A stretch of DNA of 44,489 nt from Chitinivibrionales bacterium (GTDB lineage: Bacteria > Fibrobacterota > Chitinivibrionia > Chitinivibrionales > WJKA01): assembly GCA_038247415.1 (NCBI GenBank), contig JBBRUX010000034.1, positions 1 to 44,489 of the forward strand, read 5' to 3'. The notes below the pieces were generated by a model that ran no database searches, was not told the DNA's origin, and saw only the letters and a list, made by a program, of their open reading frames with translations. Below, piece after piece: positions 39,089 through 44,489 of this stretch; within the stretch, counting starts at the first letter, position 1, and the number at the start of each line of letters is the position of its first letter. The position numbers were made by a program, and so were the translations under genes.

Positions 39089-40462
39089 ATGGATAAAAGC
39101 AAGCTTAAAGAACAGGTCGATGTCATTCGGGAGGCATTTACCTATATAAACCACTTTAAAAATGATACTTTTGTCATTCACTTGGATAGCTCGCTCCTTG
39201 CACATTCTCTTTTTCCCCTGCTTATCAAAGATATTGTATTGCTTCATAAAATGGGTATTCGCATCGCACTGGTGCCGGGTGCCAAAATTCGGATCGATGA
39301 AGTTTTGTCAACGTATAAAATCTCTTGGAAAACGGTACAAGGTGTTCGGATTTCGTCTGAAGAGGCAATTCCGTTTATCAAAATGGCTGCTTTCGATGTG
39401 AGCAATACCATAATGACCATGCTTGCCGAAAATAATACCGATGCCATTGTAGGTAATTGGGTGCGAGCTCGGGGCATTGGGGTTCGCAATGGAATCGATT
39501 TTCAGAGTTCGGGAAGTGTCGACAAACTCAAAACAGAAATTATTCAAAATGTTCTTGAACAGAAAATGGTTCCCATTTTCCCAAACATTGGCTGGAATAC
39601 AAATGGCAAGCCCTATAATATATCATCCACCGAATTAGCTTTTACTCTTGCGGCACAGCTACAGGCGGCAAAGCTCTTTTTTATTACCGACTGTGGTGGG
39701 ATTAAAGCATCCGCTTTCAAGGTTCTTCCCGATGTCTATATTGCATCGGATGGTATTGTTTCGCAGCTCACCCTCGAAGAAGCGCAAAAAATCCTGCAAT
39801 CCAATCCGCAGAAAGATTCTGGGCCATCGCTGCATCATCGCGAGCTTCTGTCCTTAGCGTATAGGGCGTGTAACGCCGGAGTGCAACGTGTACATATAGT
39901 AAATGGTCTTGTTGAGGGTATGGTGCTCAAGGAGATTTTCAGTAACCGCGGTCTTGGTACCATGGTGTATGCAAACCAGCACGACAATATTCGGCCCATG
40001 TCGTATGCAGATATTCCCGATGTTATTCGTATTATGCAACCGCTTATCGAGAGCGGTACCTTGGTTACCCGGAGTGCAGAGGATCTCGAAAAACAACTCA
40101 ACGATTTTGTTGTGTATGATGTTGACGGAACTATTCACGGATGCGCTGCGTTACATCTTTTCAAGAATAATTCTGCAGAAATTGCAGGGGTGGCAGTAGA
40201 TGATCTCTACGCAAGCCTTGGTATTGGCAGGAAAATGATTTCGTATTTTCTTGAGCGGGCGCACAAAGAAAAATTGGCATACGTATTCGTCCTTACAACA
40301 CAAACAGCAGACTGGTTTGTAGGCTTGGGTTTTAAAGAATCCCAGAGTAGCGCATTGCCGCCTCAGCGAAGAAAAACGTATAATCCTGCAAGAAATTCTC
40401 AGGTGCTTGTGTACCGCGTTGGTTCTCGGCGCAAAATTACCCGCATCATTGCAGTTGATTAA
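39089..40462 (+). CDS. argA: amino-acid N-acetyltransferase (N-acetylglutamate synthase)
   Basis: REAF.YI..F...TFVI AAK-like domain; EIFS..G.GT; GNAT domain with FVLTTQTADWF...GF and Y...RNS. Confidence 0.94.
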   Translation: MDKSKLKEQVDVIREAFTYINHFKNDTFVIHLDSSLLAHSLFPLLIKDIVLLHKMGIRIALVPGAKIRIDEVLSTYKISWKTVQGVRISSEEAIPFIKMAAFDVSNTIMTMLAENNTDAIVGNWVRARGIGVRNGIDFQSSGSVDKLKTEIIQNVLEQKMVPIFPNIGWNTNGKPYNISSTELAFTLAAQLQAAKLFFITDCGGIKASAFKVLPDVYIASDGIVSQLTLEEAQKILQSNPQKDSGPSLHHRELLSLAYRACNAGVQRVHIVNGLVEGMVLKEIFSNRGLGTMVYANQHDNIRPMSYADIPDVIRIMQPLIESGTLVTRSAEDLEKQLNDFVVYDVDGTIHGCAALHLFKNNSAEIAGVAVDDLYASLGIGRKMISYFLERAHKEKLAYVFVLTTQTADWFVGLGFKESQSSALPPQRRKTYNPARNSQVLVYRVGSRRKITRIIAVD

Positions 40463-40502
40463 TTCGATAAAAACAAGCCGTACGTTGTGTGTAAACGCAC
40501 AT

Positions 40503-40541
40503 AAAAAAGGCCCCCTGCAATGCGTTGCAGGGGGCCTTTTT
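40503..40541. terminator. bidirectional intrinsic terminator
   Basis: AAAAAAGGCCCCCTGCAA-TGCG-TTGCAGGGGGCCTTTTT between convergent argA and aconitase. Confidence 0.92.
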
Positions 40542-40564
40542 GTAGTCGCGTGGGATCTTGGTCT

Positions 40565-42502
40565 TTAAGATTTTAGCGATTGTATAAGCCCACCAGCCAA
40601 GAGGTATTTGCGTTCGCGTGGTGTAAAATCCAAATCGACCACAAATGAGGTTTGCTTGGTTGTATTCACAATAGTCGCTTGTGTTTCACTAGTAATAATA
40701 GATCTGATATTGTCAAGAACAAGGACGTCGTCCATGCCCAGTGTATCGTAATCGGCTGGATTTTTAAAGAGTGCCGGTACAATACCAAAATTGATAAGAT
40801 TTGCTTTATGAATGCGCTCTATTGATTTAGCCAAGACAACCTTGACGCCAAGATACATGGGGCAGATTGCTGCGTGTTCACGCGATGACCCTTGCCCATA
40901 AGATTCCCCTGCCACGATAACAGATGGAATTCCTTTTGCTTTGAGATCTAATGCTTTAGCCGCAAATCCAGGTGCCGCTTTTTCAAATACAAAATCGGAA
41001 TACTTGGTTATGTTGGATCGATATTTAAGACGGCTACCAGCGGGCATAATATGATCGGTGGTTATTTTGTCTCCCAGTACTACAGCAATAGTAGCTTGCA
41101 CCGATTGTGGAAGCGGTGTGTTTGTGGGTGGAGCTCCAATATTGGGTCCGCGTACAAGCTCAATGGATTCTGGATTCTGTGAGGGAAGAAGAATCATCGA
41201 ATCATCTGGTTTAAAGCTGTTGGGCATGGCGATATCGGGATACGGGAAGTCTTTAAAATATTCCCGTGGGTCAACAATTTCTCCCGCAAGTGCCGATGCC
41301 ACTGCTGTTTCGGGAGAAACGATATACACCTGTGCCGAGTCTGTTCCGCTTCTGCCAAGAAAGTTGCGGTTATTAGTACGCAAAGACACCCCGTTAGTTT
41401 TAGGCGCCATGGAATTGCCAATGCAAAATCCACATGCACTTTCCAGAATGCGAGCGCCGCCTTCAACAATATCTGCAAATCCGCCATTGCGCGAAATGAG
41501 CGATAACACCTGGTGTGATCCTGGGGCCACGCCAAACGATACACCCGGGGCAACTCGTTTGCCAGCAAGCGCCGTTGCCACTACCATGAGATCGCGATAC
41601 GAAGAATTTGTGCAGGAGCCTACAATCACCTGGTCAACCTTGGTGCCTGCAAGTTCCTTGACTGTTTTGATGTTGCCAGGGCTATGAGGGCACGCCATCA
41701 GTGGCTCTAATGTGTCAAGATCTATGGTGATGGTTCTATCGTAGGTGGCATCGGGATCGGCACTCAATGGTTTGTAACATTCCATTCTACCTTGTGCTGC
41801 CAAAAAGGCCTTAGTTTGTTCGTCGGAAGGAAATATGGAGGTTGTAGCGCCTGTTTCAGCGCCCATATTTGTAATGGTAGAGCGTTGGGGTACCGATAGC
41901 GATGCAATGCCCGGTCCGCTATATTCCAAAATGCAACCCACATTACCTTTGGTAGAAATAATTTCCAGCACCTTGAGTATAATATCTTTAGCTGCTACCC
42001 AGGGCCTGAGAGTTCCTAGTAATTGTATGTTAATAATAGTAGGGTAATTGATATAAAATGCGCCGCCACCCATTGCTACGGCAACATCGAGGCCGCCTGC
42101 TCCAATGGCGATCATACCAATGCCCCCGCCAGTTGGCGTATGCGAATCGGAACCAACGAGGGTTTTGCCAGGTTGACCAAATCGTTCGAGATGAACTTGA
42201 TGACAAATACCATTGCCTGCCTTGGAATACAGAATGCCAAATTTTTGGGCGATCGATTCCAGATAGGCATGATCATCCGAATTTTCGAAACCTTCCTGAA
42301 TGGTATTATGATCGACATACGACACTGATAACTCGGTTTTGACCCGATCAAATCCGAGTGCCTCAAACTGCAAGTATGCCATGGTTCCCGTAGCATCTTG
42401 CGTGAGGGTTTGATCGATTTTTATGCCAACTTCAGAACCTCGCAAAGAGGCGCCATCTACAATATGGCTATCAAGAATTTTTTGAACAAGATTTTTTCCC
42501 AT
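40565..42502 (-). CDS. aconitate hydratase (single-chain ~645 aa putative-aconitase type)
   Basis: QDATGTMA, DHN, GSDSHT, GSCTN, CGFCIG, ITTDHI, YGQGSSREHA. Confidence 0.93.
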   Translation of the reverse strand: MGKNLVQKILDSHIVDGASLRGSEVGIKIDQTLTQDATGTMAYLQFEALGFDRVKTELSVSYVDHNTIQEGFENSDDHAYLESIAQKFGILYSKAGNGICHQVHLERFGQPGKTLVGSDSHTPTGGGIGMIAIGAGGLDVAVAMGGGAFYINYPTIINIQLLGTLRPWVAAKDIILKVLEIISTKGNVGCILEYSGPGIASLSVPQRSTITNMGAETGATTSIFPSDEQTKAFLAAQGRMECYKPLSADPDATYDRTITIDLDTLEPLMACPHSPGNIKTVKELAGTKVDQVIVGSCTNSSYRDLMVVATALAGKRVAPGVSFGVAPGSHQVLSLISRNGGFADIVEGGARILESACGFCIGNSMAPKTNGVSLRTNNRNFLGRSGTDSAQVYIVSPETAVASALAGEIVDPREYFKDFPYPDIAMPNSFKPDDSMILLPSQNPESIELVRGPNIGAPPTNTPLPQSVQATIAVVLGDKITTDHIMPAGSRLKYRSNITKYSDFVFEKAAPGFAAKALDLKAKGIPSVIVAGESYGQGSSREHAAICPMYLGVKVVLAKSIERIHKANLINFGIVPALFKNPADYDTLGMDDVLVLDNIRSIITSETQATIVNTTKQTSFVVDLDFTPRERKYLLAGGLIQSLKS

Positions 42503-42601
42503 ATATTCCTTCTTTCATAAAACATTTCAAAAGTAGTATATTCGAAAAATAAATCAGGACATGCATTACGTGGATACTTGAACCAATGAAAACGTGGGAT
42601 T

Positions 42602-43465
42602 TTATCGAGGAAGATCCATTGAATCCGAAAAAAGGGATACTTCGTTAAAAATAGGCGCTACAAGCTGATCTTTTTGCTCTGGGGTGAGGGTAATGACACG
42701 AGCATGATCTTCTTGAAAGCGCATATGCCGATTCCATTGACAAAAGCCATATTCTTGCAGAAGCGAGTCTGTATAAGAAATAATAATCCTATCGTGCTCT
42801 ATGGTTGGGTATTCTTTAAGCGTGCTTATGGGCGGATTGTAAACAAAAAGAATACTCGAGGGAAGGTTCCAGCGCATGGCAAGGAAGTAGGAAAAGGTTC
42901 GATGAGTTGGGTATCCCAGCGATTCGGCTGTTTGTTCAAACGAGAGTCGTAACGATCGCGACATCGAGTAGATATCGTAAAAAATATCGGGAAAATGTTG
43001 ACGCATGATCAAAATGCCAAGATCCCGCATGAGGGCTGCTAGATAGGTGTTTTCGGGGTCGGATACTCCTTGACTTAGCGCTACTGATTTGGCAATGAGC
43101 GCTCCGGCATACGAATGTTTCCAGAAGGTTGTATCGCTAAATTGTGTTGCATTGGTGTTGCTTTTAAAGAGACCTATGAGTTCTATTGCAGAAACAAGAT
43201 TGCACACAGTTGTCAATCCAAGGTGCAAAGCTGCTTGGGGTAAATTAGTAAGAGTATTTCCTCGGCTAAAGTGAGCGCTATTAGCCAGTTTTAAAATAGC
43301 AAGGCACACCGCAGGATTGGGACGCAGGCATTCTATAATGTCATTGATGGAGATTGTGGGATCTTTGGCCAGAGAAAAGAGTTTGAGCGAAAGCTCAGGA
43401 GCTGCACCGATATGCTCGATAGCTGCAAGACGGGACATGATTTTGCTGGATTCGGTAGGCGTCAC
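42602..43465 (-). CDS. HDOD domain protein
   Basis: ILKLANSA.F, A...LG, FWKHS, Y.AAL.RDLG (HD replaced by RD), WNLP. Confidence 0.88.
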   Translation of the reverse strand: MTPTESSKIMSRLAAIEHIGAAPELSLKLFSLAKDPTISINDIIECLRPNPAVCLAILKLANSAHFSRGNTLTNLPQAALHLGLTTVCNLVSAIELIGLFKSNTNATQFSDTTFWKHSYAGALIAKSVALSQGVSDPENTYLAALMRDLGILIMRQHFPDIFYDIYSMSRSLRLSFEQTAESLGYPTHRTFSYFLAMRWNLPSSILFVYNPPISTLKEYPTIEHDRIIISYTDSLLQEYGFCQWNRHMRFQEDHARVITLTPEQKDQLVAPIFNEVSLFSDSMDLPR

Positions 43466-43552
43466 AAAAAACCTTTCTGTAGAAATTGCCTGTATTAGTA
43501 TATCACAGAAAGCGCGGGGCTACGAGGGAAAAATGAGGTAGCGCTCATGGAG

Positions 43553-43607
43553 AATAACGTTTCACGCACTGCCGAAGTTGCCGCATTGGCGACATGACGG
43601 TGCCCGA
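43553..43607. repeat. half of an attC-like element
   Basis: AATAACGTTTCACGCACTGCCGAAGTTGC end; 43585-43607 is 22/23 identical to the reverse complement of 7484-7506. Confidence 0.5.
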
Positions 43608-43629
43608 TGGAGGCTGTTTTTATTTATCC

Positions 43630-43767
43630 AGTCCCTCAAGTATCCTTACTTCCGAAGTCCACGGATGGACAAGTGCCGCGAAGACCAAGGAGGGTCGGGA
43701 GCGGGCCTTCACGGTCTTCTGCCGTTCCATGGCGATAGCCACCGGCCTCGCTTGCGGCATCCTTGCC
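43630..43767. repeat. GC-rich hairpin-forming insertion (MITE/REP-like) truncating rhuM
   Basis: Abrupt GC rise; GAAGACC...GGTCTTC inverted repeat; GGATGGACAAGTGCCGCG and GCGGCATCCTTGCC motifs; RhuM similarity stops at its edge. Confidence 0.4.
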
Positions 43768-44234
43768 TCGTTCGGCTTGCCGTTCGGCAAAATCGAGATA
43801 CCCCGATACAATTAGTTCCAGCGAACGAAGTTCTTTTTCACTTAAATAATTTTTTGCAACAACAGCATCTTTCAGGTACGGACGACTACCGGTAAACGAC
43901 ATCAGCCCCATAAATTCTTTTTCGGCATCGGCCCGATTGTAAATAACTTCCGCTGCGGTTTGTCCGTGTACTGCATTGAGTTTGTTTGTGTTTTTCCTTC
44001 AATAGCACCATGTTGAGTGGTTAGTCGGAAATCCCGAACAACCACTTTCTCCTCTAATTCACCCTCTACAAAAATATATTTTATATGTTCACTGATTGTT
44101 GATTTTGCTTTTTCGAATAACCCGGACATTTGATCCTGTGTAAGCCAAACCGTATCTTCTTCAATACGAACATCTACCGATATTTTTTCGTCTTCGGTTT
44201 TAAATAAAATAAAGGATGATTGGTTGTTGTTCAT
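43768..44234 (-). pseudogene. RhuM family DNA-binding protein remnant
   Basis: TVWLTQ.QM..LF......ISEH...IF..GEL and TTQHGAI.GKTQ, then a frameshifted jump to AVHGQTAAEVI..RADA.K..MGL...AKNYL...EL..L...VS.YLDFAE.QA. Confidence 0.85.
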
Positions 44235-44235
44235 T

Positions 44236-44489
44236 CTATTCTTTAAGTTTTTTATTTTCTTTTTTAGGTGGTAAAAAGTTCTCATTGTTTACTACTTCTT
44301 TACCTGTTTTTTGTTCCAAAGCCAAACGGGCATCTTTGGCAATTTTATCACCTTTTTTACCGGCAACTGCATTTTGCTCAATACCTTTTGCATTGTCTGT
44401 TTCGGCAATTTGGCGGGTTGATAACTCCGCAAGTGCAGTAAAAATAAGTTCGGCTTCGCTCATGTGGTCGCGTAGGTTTTGCGATTTTA
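44236..44489 (-). CDS. Bro-N/phage antirepressor-like protein, C-terminal part (5' end outside window)
   Basis: NLRDHMSEAELIFTALAELSTRQIA...A..AR..LE.KTGK.VV..ENFL. Confidence 0.8.
   Translation of the reverse strand, partial: KSQNLRDHMSEAELIFTALAELSTRQIAETDNAKGIEQNAVAGKKGDKIAKDARLALEQKTGKEVVNNENFLPPKKENKKLKE

Noticed and set aside
41058..41687. 209-aa ORF antisense to aconitase, and similar shadow ORFs (e.g. 15983-16627, 30457-30999, 36654-37166)
   Set aside because: Fully overlap well-supported genes on the opposite strand and show no motifs
1..44489. CRISPR array, tRNA/rRNA, transposase, integrase, reverse transcriptase or DGR repeats
   Set aside because: No regularly spaced direct repeats, RNA-gene signatures, or corresponding protein motifs were seen by eye

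Overview
Bacterial chromosomal window, probably from a Fibrobacterota (Chitinivibrionia/Chitinispirillia-like) organism. The taxon is an inference from the double-HTH GntR regulators, the T9SS-like or 'YDxxGR' C-terminal tails and the STAS/HDOD paralog types. Four zones are visible. (1) 0.3-7.1 kb: an intact TetR-DUF2798-TolC-MFP-RND-DUF2141 efflux operon with a visible promoter and operator. (2) 7.2-26.6 kb: an accessory carbohydrate region. Intact genes (MFS, pfp, an aldo/keto reductase-FeS-CBM9-like fusion, GH43, secreted proteins, two double-HTH GntR regulators) are mixed with many remnants shortened by large internal deletions (GH10, GH27, GH95, GH4-like, SGNH, AAA ATPase, TA module) plus an AraC pseudogene. 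(3) 26.8-43.5 kb: intact core genes (ugd, Lpp-like lipoprotein plus LysM protein, mtgA, HD-GYP, lexA, STAS, patatin-Omp85, kinase without ATPase domain, lipoprotein, proB, argA, aconitase, HDOD). (4) 43.5-44.5 kb: decayed RhuM/Bro-N genes next to repeat elements. The strongest observation is a recA-like SOS promoter (TTGAAT-N17-TATATT with a CTGT-N8-ACAG box in the spacer) that drives a tandem HD/HD-GYP phosphodiesterase gene placed ahead of lexA. No tRNA, rRNA, CRISPR array, integrase or transposase was seen.
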